Positions 1 through 6,322 of a stretch of 6,360 nt of DNA are shown in pieces; positions within the stretch are counted from its first letter, which is position 1; each line of letters begins with the position of its first letter. The DNA is from a virus. Lineage: Duplodnaviria > Heunggongvirae > Uroviricota > Caudoviricetes. Made by a program: the position numbers and the translations under genes. The notes below the pieces were generated by a model. That model was not told the DNA's origin. It searched no databases and was given only the letters and a program-made list of their open reading frames with translations. Location: positions 1 through 6,360 of the IMG/VR virus record IMGVR_UViG_2778261419_000001; one strand, 5' to 3'.

Positions 1-195
1 CGCTTACCGCTCATGGGCACCTCTCTTTAAGCCATCTTAAATGACTCTGAGGTGTCTGTTAAACCCGTGGCGATTCAGTTATTGGTATCTCATTACGCAC
101 CATTGCTAAGAAAAGAAAATGCTCTGATGGCACAATTAGGAAGGAGTTGCAAACTGCAGTAGGATTTATAAACGGTGTAATGTCAGTATTTAAAT

Positions 196-215
196 AAGCG
201 CCAATTAAGGCGCTT
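196..215 (-). terminator. Stem-loop overlapping the stop codon of the 187-aa gene; possible intrinsic terminator
   Basis: Perfect inverted repeat AAGCGCC (196-202) / GGCGCTT (209-215) with 6-nt loop. On the minus-strand transcript the stop codon lies in the loop and the stem is followed by AUUUAAAU, which is U-rich but interrupted. Confidence 0.35.
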
Positions 216-768
216 TAAATGGAACGGGAACCTGTAAAGCGTTAGCAGCTATCTCAACTATTTTCTCGTTTGGAATATTTGCTAATATAAAGCGTTCCCT
301 TTCTTGTAAAATTTTGTTTATAACGTAATACACGCTTAACATGCTGAACAACATTGATTCTTCCTTTGCTTTGCAAGAATAGTTATCCACTTTCCAGTTT
401 TCAGACACATAGTCATATTTTGATTTAATTTGCTTTGATAGTAATAGAACATTTTTTAATGCTATTCGAGTGTCTCGATTGTAGTAAGAGTAAATATTAT
501 CTATGTTCTTCTCTAGAATAATTGGTTCAAACGTTTTCCCTAAAGAAATATACTGAAAATCTTTGGGTTTAAATGTGTGTTCTTTTATGCTTTTGCTAGT
601 GGTTTTGATAGATTTCTCTAGTATTGATAATTCATCCTCTAACTCAGTGAATATGCTTTTTTTTAATGTTTTTATCTTTTCTTTTTCCTTTCTAGACTCA
701 ACGTATGGCGCTAGTATAATACCCAAAAGAAAAGTGGTAAAAGGAATTAAGCTTTTGATAATGTCCAT
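205..768 (-). CDS. Hypothetical membrane-anchored protein, 187 aa: one N-terminal transmembrane helix followed by a Lys/Glu-rich soluble domain; cargo (moron) gene
   Basis: Intact ORF with ATG at 768-766 preceded by AAGGA 4 nt upstream. Residues about 5-23 (IKSLIPFTTFLLGIILAPYV) are hydrophobic, then KEKEKIK and a charged domain. Hand-sampled GC is about 30%, against about 55% in the terminase genes. No family recognised. Confidence 0.6.
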   Translation of the reverse strand: MDIIKSLIPFTTFLLGIILAPYVESRKEKEKIKTLKKSIFTELEDELSILEKSIKTTSKSIKEHTFKPKDFQYISLGKTFEPIILEKNIDNIYSYYNRDTRIALKNVLLLSKQIKSKYDYVSENWKVDNYSCKAKEESMLFSMLSVYYVINKILQERERFILANIPNEKIVEIAANALQVPVPFKAP

Positions 769-807
769 GGTTTCCTTATTTTTTCATATGATTAACGCTA
801 GGAAAAT

Positions 808-836
808 ATGATAATAAAAAACTAACGCGTACGCAA
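808..836 (-). promoter_or_regulatory. Candidate sigma70 promoter for the 187-aa gene
   Basis: On the minus strand: -35 TTGCGT (+ coordinates 836-831), 17-nt spacer, -10 TATCAT (813-808), about 35 nt upstream of the RBS. Found by eye only. Confidence 0.3.
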
Positions 837-913
837 AAATTATTGTATCGTGTTAAGAGTGGTTACTTTGTCACGTGGCTTAAGCCCGCCGTCGAGCGGG
901 TTTCGTCGTTTGA

Positions 914-922
914 GGGGGGGGG
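914..922 (+). repeat. Homopolymeric G9 tract (C9 on the minus strand) immediately 5' of an ATG
   Basis: Directly visible: GAGGGGGGGGG followed by ATG at 923. The tract doubles as the Shine-Dalgarno region and spacer for the 66-aa ORF. Confidence 0.9.
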
Positions 923-1123
923 ATGAATCAGACTGGTCAACCCAGCTATGCGCTTTTCGCCGGGAATGATAGTAGCAATCTCAAAACGTTTGTTCTTGAG
1001 GTTGATTGCTACCGTACTGAAGACGCGCTATTAGCAATGGAGAAAGCCATAAGCGAATTAAAAATCTGTCAGCGTCAGTTCGGCTATGGAAATGATTCTG
1101 GTGTCAGAGCTATTATTCGATAA
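923..1123 (+). CDS. Small hypothetical protein, 66 aa; 3' end overlaps the convergent 182-aa gene by 11 nt
   Basis: ATG at 923 directly follows a GAGG plus G-run that could serve as SD. Amino-acid composition is not low-complexity. No family recognised. It could be spurious. Confidence 0.3.
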   Translation: MNQTGQPSYALFAGNDSSNLKTFVLEVDCYRTEDALLAMEKAISELKICQRQFGYGNDSGVRAIIR

Positions 1124-1661
1124 TTCTTTCACCAATAATAACTGGCAATGGAATGAGCACTTCCCAGAATGGTTGATACCCTTCGTAAATCTGTGTTGTT
1201 TCACCCTTCCAGTAAAGATCCAGCCTCTGAGATACTTCTACTGGGGAGCAGTTCAGATTTAACAAATTCATATCACCTCTATGATAGTTCGACGATGAGC
1301 TGACTTGAAATATTGGGGTGTCAAGTGGGGATTTTGAAAAGCCTCTGAACCAGGCGGTTTCTTTTACAGACTCACATGCAAAAATTGATTGGAAGCGCGA
1401 TGGTTTTTCAGGGAAGTGTGATTTCCTTCGTTCTTCCAGTAGTATTTCTATTATTGCTCCAAATCGTTCGTCTGAGCTGACGAGGTTTATGTGGTAGTTG
1501 AAAAAAAGATTATTTGCATGCCGGGATACACCGTCGGAAAACAATGAGCTCGTATGAGCCTGAAGTGGAACGATTGGGCAGTACGGTTCTGCTAATTCAA
1601 TTTTCATGCCTGACTTCAGTGTGCGCTGCCTGTCAAGTGTATAAAAAAGATTGTTCGCCAT
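1113..1661 (-). CDS. Hypothetical protein, 182 aa; cargo gene between the Q region and the late promoter/lysis genes
   Basis: Intact ORF with ATG at 1661-1659. GAAGGA lies about 10 nt upstream, which is rather long spacing. Hand-sampled GC about 40-47%. No transmembrane segment and no motif I can assign with confidence. Confidence 0.5.
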   Translation of the reverse strand: MANNLFYTLDRQRTLKSGMKIELAEPYCPIVPLQAHTSSLFSDGVSRHANNLFFNYHINLVSSDERFGAIIEILLEERRKSHFPEKPSRFQSIFACESVKETAWFRGFSKSPLDTPIFQVSSSSNYHRGDMNLLNLNCSPVEVSQRLDLYWKGETTQIYEGYQPFWEVLIPLPVIIGERIIE

Positions 1662-1861
1662 ATTAATGCGTTCCTTCTGATATTGGTTATTTCTGTTGAT
1701 TTAACGATATCAGAATAGATAAGTATAGTGAATACAATGCCGTAAAAGCGGCAGCACGGCTTCCGTATCTGATAGCTTGGCTGGATGAAATGGCGTCGCA
1801 GCGCTCATAGTGGCAACGATTAGCGGACCTCGGCATTTGCCTGTTTTTATATTTAAGGCCG

Positions 1862-1893
1862 CTGACATCTGGAATTGTCGGGGATTTTTTATT
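1862..1893 (+). terminator. tR'-like intrinsic terminator (end of a 6S-like late leader) just upstream of the pinholin gene
   Basis: Stem CTGACA (1862-1867) / TGTCGG (1876-1881) with one G-U pair, then GGA TTTTTT ATT (T-run 1885-1890). The GTCGGGGATTTTTTAT arrangement resembles the lambda tR' end as I recall it. The Q-dependent promoter and qut site should lie in 1662-1861 but I could not pin down hexamers. Confidence 0.4.
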
Positions 1894-1928
1894 CTCTCAA
1901 TTTGCACCCGCATCTGCGAGGTGGAGTT

Positions 1929-2144
1929 ATGAAATCCATGGATAAGTTAACAACGGGTGTCGCCTATGGCACCTCAGCAGGTAGTGCCGGTTACTGGTTT
2001 TTACAGCTGCTCGATAAAGTCACGCCCTCACAGTGGGCAGCAATAGGTGTGCTGGGTAGCCTGGTATTTGGCCTGCTGACGTACCTGACAAACCTTTATT
2101 TCAAGATTAAAGAAGATAAGCGCAAGGCTGCGAGAGGTGAATAA
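1929..2144 (+). CDS. essD: Pinholin, phage 21 S21-type, 71 aa, with dual start M1/M4 (antiholin/holin)
   Basis: Translation [71 protein letters not shown] matches the S21/EssD pinholin as I recall it. GAGG lies 7 nt upstream of ATG 1929; a second ATG sits at 1938. Stop overlaps the next start (TAATG). The ORF-track start at 1875 is probably not used. Confidence 0.9.
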
Positions 2145-2641
2145 TGCCTCCATCATTACGAAAAGCAGTTGCTGCTGCTATTGGTGGCGGAGCAATTGCT
2201 ATAGCATCAGTGTTAATCACTGGCCCAAGTGGTGACGATGGCCTGGAAGGTGTCAGCTACATACCATACAAAGATATCGTTGGCGTATGGACTGTATGTC
2301 ACGGACACACCGGAAAAGACATCATGCTCGGTAAAACGTATACCGAAGCAGAATGCAAAGCCCTCCTGAATAAAGACCTTGCCACGGTTGCCAGACAAAT
2401 TAACCCGTACATCAAAGTCGATATACCGGAAACAACGCGCGGCGCTCTTTACTCGTTCGTCTACAACGTGGGTGCTGGCAATTTCAGAACATCGACGCTT
2501 CTTCGCAAAATAAACCAGGGCGATATCAAAGGCGCATGTGACCAGCTACGTCGCTGGATATACGCTGGCGGTAAGCAATGGAAAGGCCTGATGACTCGTC
2601 GTGAGATTGAGCGTGAAGTCTGTTTGTGGGGGCAGCAATGA
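2144..2641 (+). CDS. rrrD: SAR endolysin (T4-lysozyme-fold muramidase, phage 21 R21 / RrrD-like), 165 aa
   Basis: N-terminal Gly/Ala-rich weakly hydrophobic SAR segment ([20 protein letters not shown]). Catalytic spacing E-x8-D-x5-T in [16 protein letters not shown]. Near-identical to RrrD as recalled. RBS GAGG upstream; translationally coupled to the pinholin. Confidence 0.9.
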   Translation: MPPSLRKAVAAAIGGGAIAIASVLITGPSGDDGLEGVSYIPYKDIVGVWTVCHGHTGKDIMLGKTYTEAECKALLNKDLATVARQINPYIKVDIPETTRGALYSFVYNVGAGNFRTSTLLRKINQGDIKGACDQLRRWIYAGGKQWKGLMTRREIEREVCLWGQQ

Positions 2642-3081
2642 GCAGAGTAACCGCGATTATCTCCGCTCTGATTATCTGCATCATCGTCTGCCTGTTATGG
2701 GCTGTTAATCATTACCGTGATAACGCCATCGCCTACAAAGAGCAGCGCGACAAAGCCGCATCCACTATCGCTGATATGCAGAAGCGTCAACGTGATGTAG
2801 CAGAACTCGACGCCAGATACACAAAGGAGCTTGCTGATGCTAACGCGATTATCGAAAGTCTTCGTGCTGATGTTTCTGCTGGGCGTAAGTGGCTGCGCGT
2901 CAAAGCTGTCTGTCCAGACATGCATAAAATCACCGCCGCCTCCGGCGTGGATGATGGCACCAGCCCCAGACTTACTGACACCGCTCAACGGGATTATTTC
3001 ACCCTTAGAAAGCGGATTGAAACCAGTGATAAAATGATCCGAGGCTTGCAGCAATACATTCGCACGCAGTGTGTAAGATGA
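2638..3081 (+). CDS. rz: Rz inner-membrane spanin (i-spanin), 147 aa
   Basis: ATG 2638 overlaps the endolysin stop (ATGA). N-terminal TM helix ([19 protein letters not shown]), then a charged coiled-coil-like periplasmic domain. Ends resemble lambda Rz. The ORF-track start at 2626 is GTG; ATG 2638 is preferred. Confidence 0.85.
   Translation: MSRVTAIISALIICIIVCLLWAVNHYRDNAIAYKEQRDKAASTIADMQKRQRDVAELDARYTKELADANAIIESLRADVSAGRKWLRVKAVCPDMHKITAASGVDDGTSPRLTDTAQRDYFTLRKRIETSDKMIRGLQQYIRTQCVR
2837..3037 (+). CDS. rz1: Rz1 outer-membrane lipoprotein spanin (o-spanin), embedded in the +1 frame of Rz, about 66 aa
   Basis: AAGGAG (2824-2829) lies 7 nt before ATG 2837. Signal peptide with lipobox LLGVSGC, then a Pro-rich region ([14 protein letters not shown]...TPLNGIISP) matching lambda Rz1. 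The ORF-track start at 2831 is TTG. Confidence 0.8.
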   Translation: MLTRLSKVFVLMFLLGVSGCASKLSVQTCIKSPPPPAWMMAPAPDLLTPLNGIISPLESGLKPVIK

Positions 3082-3461
3082 GCAATCTTTGCTAATTAGC
3101 CATGAAATAGATAAATATCAGGCCAACGATGATTAGTGCCAGGCATCCTAATTGGTCAGAATGGCTGGCATTTGATCGTCTTGCTCTTCTTGCAGTTGAT
3201 TGGACAGCCCTCTGTCCTCGACTTCCTCTTGGCATTCCTCTCATTTATTCTCTCTCAACATTGATATTGAACTGACAGATGATAATTATTTCATGAAAGT
3301 GGTATCTCGTTGATTTGATTACGCTACATAGTCGCCGGATTTTCGCATTTATCGGCATCGGGCGGTGCAAAATTGGCATAATCGAAACGTAGAGTTTTTG
3401 GCTGACAACAGCATTAGCGGTCACCCGGAGAGTGTTGTGAACATGTTAATTACATGACGCT

Positions 3462-3782
3462 TTAGATGCATCGACATTTGATGATGCTTGTCAGACCTGT
3501 CATTTTCTTTGCTTCATTTTCAACATTGAGGAAGTTGGTTGAGCATATTTTTTGATAATCTCCAGTTGTGAATCCTGTTTTATCGATCTTGCGTTTCAAG
3601 GGATTAATCGTTTTGCAAGATGCTCTATGGATTCTGGTAAAGCGTTCGTCAGATTTATTACCTTTACCTCTGGTTCGCTTCAATGCATTGACAACATATC
3701 CGTCTGGATTATCGCCAAGCCAATTACGATAGTCTGATTCACTCTCAGTCTGAAGGTCACTTCTGAATACCTTTATGGACAT
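3462..3782 (-). CDS. Hypothetical protein, about 106 aa, basic, with a C-x22-C-x24-C-x-C pattern; cargo gene at the bor-equivalent position upstream of cos
   Basis: Intact minus-strand ORF. The second in-frame ATG (3782-3780) has AGGAG 7 nt upstream, so it is preferred over the track start at 3800. About 40% GC. No family recognised. Confidence 0.5.
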   Translation of the reverse strand: MSIKVFRSDLQTESESDYRNWLGDNPDGYVVNALKRTRGKGNKSDERFTRIHRASCKTINPLKRKIDKTGFTTGDYQKICSTNFLNVENEAKKMTGLTSIIKCRCI

Positions 3783-3901
3783 GAAGATACTCCTGTGCAT
3801 TTATGGTACGAAGAAATAGCAAAAGTATTTTTACCGTAAATTGCGAATCTACAAAAGCAAAACAATGCGTAATATCAGAGTGAATATTCTGCCTTTAATG
3901 T

Positions 3902-4096
3902 GGGTCCTTCTGATGACCTGAGCTCTCACGGGGCGGAAGGCGCGCGGGTTTTCGCTATTTATGACAATTTTCCGGTTTAAGGCGTTTCCGTTCTTCTTCG
4001 CCGTAACCTAATGTTTTTATTTAAAACACCCCCTGAAAAGAAAGGAAACGACAGGTGCTGAAAACGGGCTTTTTGGCCTCTGTCGTTTCCTTTCTC
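3902..4096. other. cos DNA-packaging site: cosQ-like GGGTCCT (3902-3908), cosN (12-mer 3931-3942), cosB with R3 (3983-4000), I1 A/T-rich putative IHF region (about 4005-4031), R2 (4035-4054, inverted) and R1 (4080-4096)
   Basis: Collinear with the lambda left end as recalled: CGCGGGTTTTCGCTATTTATGA follows the 12-mer; R3 CGTTTCCGTTCTTCTTCG; R2/R1 form an inverted repeat GAAAGGAAACGACAG / CTGTCGTTTCCTTTC; sits immediately upstream of Nu1. Confidence 0.8.
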
Positions 4097-4119
4097 TGTT
4101 TTTGTCCGTGGAATGAACA

Positions 4120-4665
4120 ATGGAAGTCAACAAAAAGCAGCTGGCTGACATTTTCGGTGCGAGTATCCGTACCATTCAGAACTGGCAGGAACAGGGAATG
4201 CCCGTTCTGCGAGGCGGTGGCAAGGGTAATGAGGTGCTTTATGACTCTGCCGCCGTTATAAGATGGTATGCCGAAAGGGATGCTGAAATTGAGAACGAAA
4301 AGCTGCGCCGGGAAGTTGAAGAACTGCGGCAGGCCAGCGAGACAGATCTCCAGCCAGGGACTATTGAGTACGAACGCCATCGACTTACGCGTGCGCAGGC
4401 CGACGCACAGGAGCTGAAAAATGCCAGAGACTCCGCTGAAGTGGTGGAAACCGCATTCTGTACTTTCGTGCTGTCGCGGATCGCAGGTGAAATTGCCAGT
4501 ATTCTCGACGGGATCCCCCTGTCGGTGCAGCGGCGTTTTCCGGAACTGGAAAACCGACATGTTGATTTCCTGAAACGGGATATCATCAAAGCCATGAACA
4601 AAGCAGCCGCGCTGGATGAACTGATACCGGGGTTGCTGAGTGAATATATCGAACAGTCAGGTTAA
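4120..4665 (+). CDS. nu1: Terminase small subunit (lambda gpNu1 homolog), 181 aa
   Basis: Translation MEVNKKQLADIFGASIRTIQNWQEQGMPVLRGGGKGNEVLYDSAAV... is essentially lambda Nu1 (winged-HTH N-terminus that binds the cosB R elements). It overlaps the A start by 26 nt, as in lambda. Confidence 0.92.
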   Translation: MEVNKKQLADIFGASIRTIQNWQEQGMPVLRGGGKGNEVLYDSAAVIRWYAERDAEIENEKLRREVEELRQASETDLQPGTIEYERHRLTRAQADAQELKNARDSAEVVETAFCTFVLSRIAGEIASILDGIPLSVQRRFPELENRHVDFLKRDIIKAMNKAAALDELIPGLLSEYIEQSG

Positions 4666-6322
4666 CAGGCTGCGGCATTTTGTCCGCGCCGGGCTTCGCT
4701 CACTGTTCAGGCCGGAGCCACAGACCGCCGTTGAATGGGCGGATGCCAATTACTATCTCCCAAAAGAATCCGCATACCAGGAAGGGCGCTGGGAAACACT
4801 GCCCTTTCAGCGGGCCATCATGAATGCGATGGGCAGCGACTACATCCGTGAGGTGAATGTGGTGAAGTCTGCCCGTGTCGGTTATTCCAAAATGCTGCTG
4901 GGTGTTTATGCCTACTTTATAGAGCATAAGCAGCGCAACACCCTTATCTGGTTGCCGACGGATGGTGATGCCGAGAACTTTATGAAAACCCACGTTGAGC
5001 CGACCATCCGCGATATTCCGTCGCTGCTGGCGCTGGCTCCGTGGTATGGCAAAAAGCACCGGGATAACACGCTCACCATGAAGCGTTTTTCCAATGGTCG
5101 TGGCTTCTGGTGCCTGGGCGGTAAAGCGGCAAAAAACTACCGTGAAAAGTCGGTGGATGTGGCGGGTTATGATGAACTTGCTGCCTTTGATGAGGATATT
5201 GAACAGGAAGGCTCTCCGACGTTCCTTGGCGACAAACGTATTGAAGGCTCGGTCTGGCCAAAGTCCATCCGTGGCTCCACGCCAAAAGTGAGAGGCACCT
5301 GCCAGATTGAGCGTGCAGCCAGTGAATCCCCGCATTTTATGCGTTTTCATGTTGCCTGCCCGCACTGCGGGGAGGAGCAGTATCTTAAATTTGGCGACAA
5401 AGAGACGCCGTTTGGCCTCAAATGGACGCCGGATGACCCCTCCAGCGTGTTTTATCTCTGCGAGCATAATGCCTGCGTCATCCGCCAGCAGGAGCTGGAC
5501 TTTACTGATGCCCGTTATATCTGCGAAAAGACCGGGATCTGGACCCGTGATGGCATTCTCTGGTTTTCGTCATCCGGTGAAGAGATTGAGCCGCCGGACA
5601 GTGTGACCTTTCACATCTGGACGGCGTACAGCCCGTTCACCACCTGGGTGCAGATTGTCAAAGACTGGATGAAAACAAAAGGGGATACGGGAAAACGTAA
5701 AACCTTCGTGAACACCACGCTCGGTGAGACGTGGGAAGCGAAAATCGGCGAACGTCCGGATGCTGAAGTGATGGCAGAGCGGAAAGAGCATTATTCAGCG
5801 CCCGTTCCTGACCGTGTGGCTTACCTGACCGCCGGTATCGACTCCCAGCTGGACCGCTACGAAATGCGCGTATGGGGATGGGGGCCGGGTGAGGAAAGCT
5901 GGCTGATTGACCGGCAGATTATTATGGGCCGCCACGACGATGAACAGACGCTGCTGCGTGTGGATGAGGCCATCAATAAAACCTATACCCGCCGGAATGG
6001 TGCAGAAATGTCGATATCCCGTATCTGCTGGGATACTGGCGGGATTGACCCGACCATTGTGTATGAACGCTCGAAAAAACATGGGCTGTTCCGGGTGATC
6101 CCCATTAAAGGGGCATCCGTCTACGGAAAGCCGGTGGCCAGCATGCCACGTAAGCGAAACAAAAACGGGGTTTACCTTACCGAAATCGGTACGGATACCG
6201 CGAAAGAGCAGATTTATAACCGCTTCACACTGACGCCGGAAGGGGATGAACCGCTTCCCGGTGCCGTTCACTTCCCGAATAACCCGGATATCCAACAGCG
6301 TATGGAAATATCATTCACCTGA
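4640..6322 (+). CDS. A: Terminase large subunit (lambda gpA homolog), 560-aa ORF; lambda-like to about residue 551, then a divergent 9-codon tail and stop; probably a C-terminally truncated pseudogene
   Basis: GTG start at 4640. N-terminal 550 aa match lambda gpA (641 aa) as recalled. From about nt 6294 the sequence departs (PNNPDIQQRMEISFT-stop here, versus PNNPDIFDLTEAQQ... in lambda), with in-frame TGA at 6320-6322. Confidence 0.8.
   Translation: MNISNSQVNRLRHFVRAGLRSLFRPEPQTAVEWADANYYLPKESAYQEGRWETLPFQRAIMNAMGSDYIREVNVVKSARVGYSKMLLGVYAYFIEHKQRNTLIWLPTDGDAENFMKTHVEPTIRDIPSLLALAPWYGKKHRDNTLTMKRFSNGRGFWCLGGKAAKNYREKSVDVAGYDELAAFDEDIEQEGSPTFLGDKRIEGSVWPKSIRGSTPKVRGTCQIERAASESPHFMRFHVACPHCGEEQYLKFGDKETPFGLKWTPDDPSSVFYLCEHNACVIRQQELDFTDARYICEKTGIWTRDGILWFSSSGEEIEPPDSVTFHIWTAYSPFTTWVQIVKDWMKTKGDTGKRKTFVNTTLGETWEAKIGERPDAEVMAERKEHYSAPVPDRVAYLTAGIDSQLDRYEMRVWGWGPGEESWLIDRQIIMGRHDDEQTLLRVDEAINKTYTRRNGAEMSISRICWDTGGIDPTIVYERSKKHGLFRVIPIKGASVYGKPVASMPRKRNKNGVYLTEIGTDTAKEQIYNRFTLTPEGDEPLPGAVHFPNNPDIQQRMEISFT

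Noticed and set aside
1-60. Possible leftward-running gene start at the window edge (ATG at 14-12 on the minus strand, with AGAGAGG 5 nt upstream), and possible 3' end of a plus-strand gene entering from the left
   Set aside because: Only 4 codons fall inside the window and the plus-strand frames all terminate within 45 nt, so neither can be supported or identified, for example as Q, from this sequence.
563-811. Plus-strand 82-aa ORF antisense to the 187-aa gene
   Set aside because: Its Phe/Leu-rich hydrophobic translation is the expected mirror of a Lys-rich AT-rich gene. It runs across the minus-strand start and RBS, and the minus-strand frame has better signals.
1710-1913. Minus-strand 67-aa ORF in the late-promoter/terminator interval
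   Set aside because: It overlaps the tR'-like terminator and the pinholin upstream region and has no convincing RBS; this interval is expected to be regulatory.
1875-1928. Upstream ATG at 1875 extending the pinholin ORF by 18 codons
   Set aside because: The extension overlaps the terminator T-run and has no RBS. The 71-aa form starting at 1929 matches the known S21-type pinholin length and dual-start motif.
2213-3054. Minus-strand ORFs 2213-2398, 2695-3054 and 2787-2981 inside the endolysin and Rz genes
   Set aside because: Antisense to well-supported lysis genes, with no RBS and low-complexity Ala/Ser/Gly-rich translations.
3129-3275. 48-aa plus-strand ORF (MISARHPNWSEW...) in the Rz-orphan intergenic region
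   Set aside because: No Shine-Dalgarno sequence upstream, and the translation is dominated by the pyrimidine tract (Leu/Pro/Ser-rich). Kept only as a possibility in the finding for that region.
3552-3737. Plus-strand 61-aa ORF antisense to the 106-aa orphan gene
   Set aside because: It is entirely contained antisense within a frame that has a good SD and start, and it has no start signals of its own.
4021-6295. Multiple long minus-strand ORFs (4021-4560, 4239-4601, 4700-5467, 4912-5094, 5073-5285, 5570-5791, 5795-6295) and plus-strand off-frame ORFs (4055-4261, 5094-5291, 5307-5606, 5907-6098)
   Set aside because: All lie inside the strongly supported Nu1 and A genes, whose products match lambda terminase. 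They are shadow ORFs typical of GC-rich coding DNA, with no start signals of their own.
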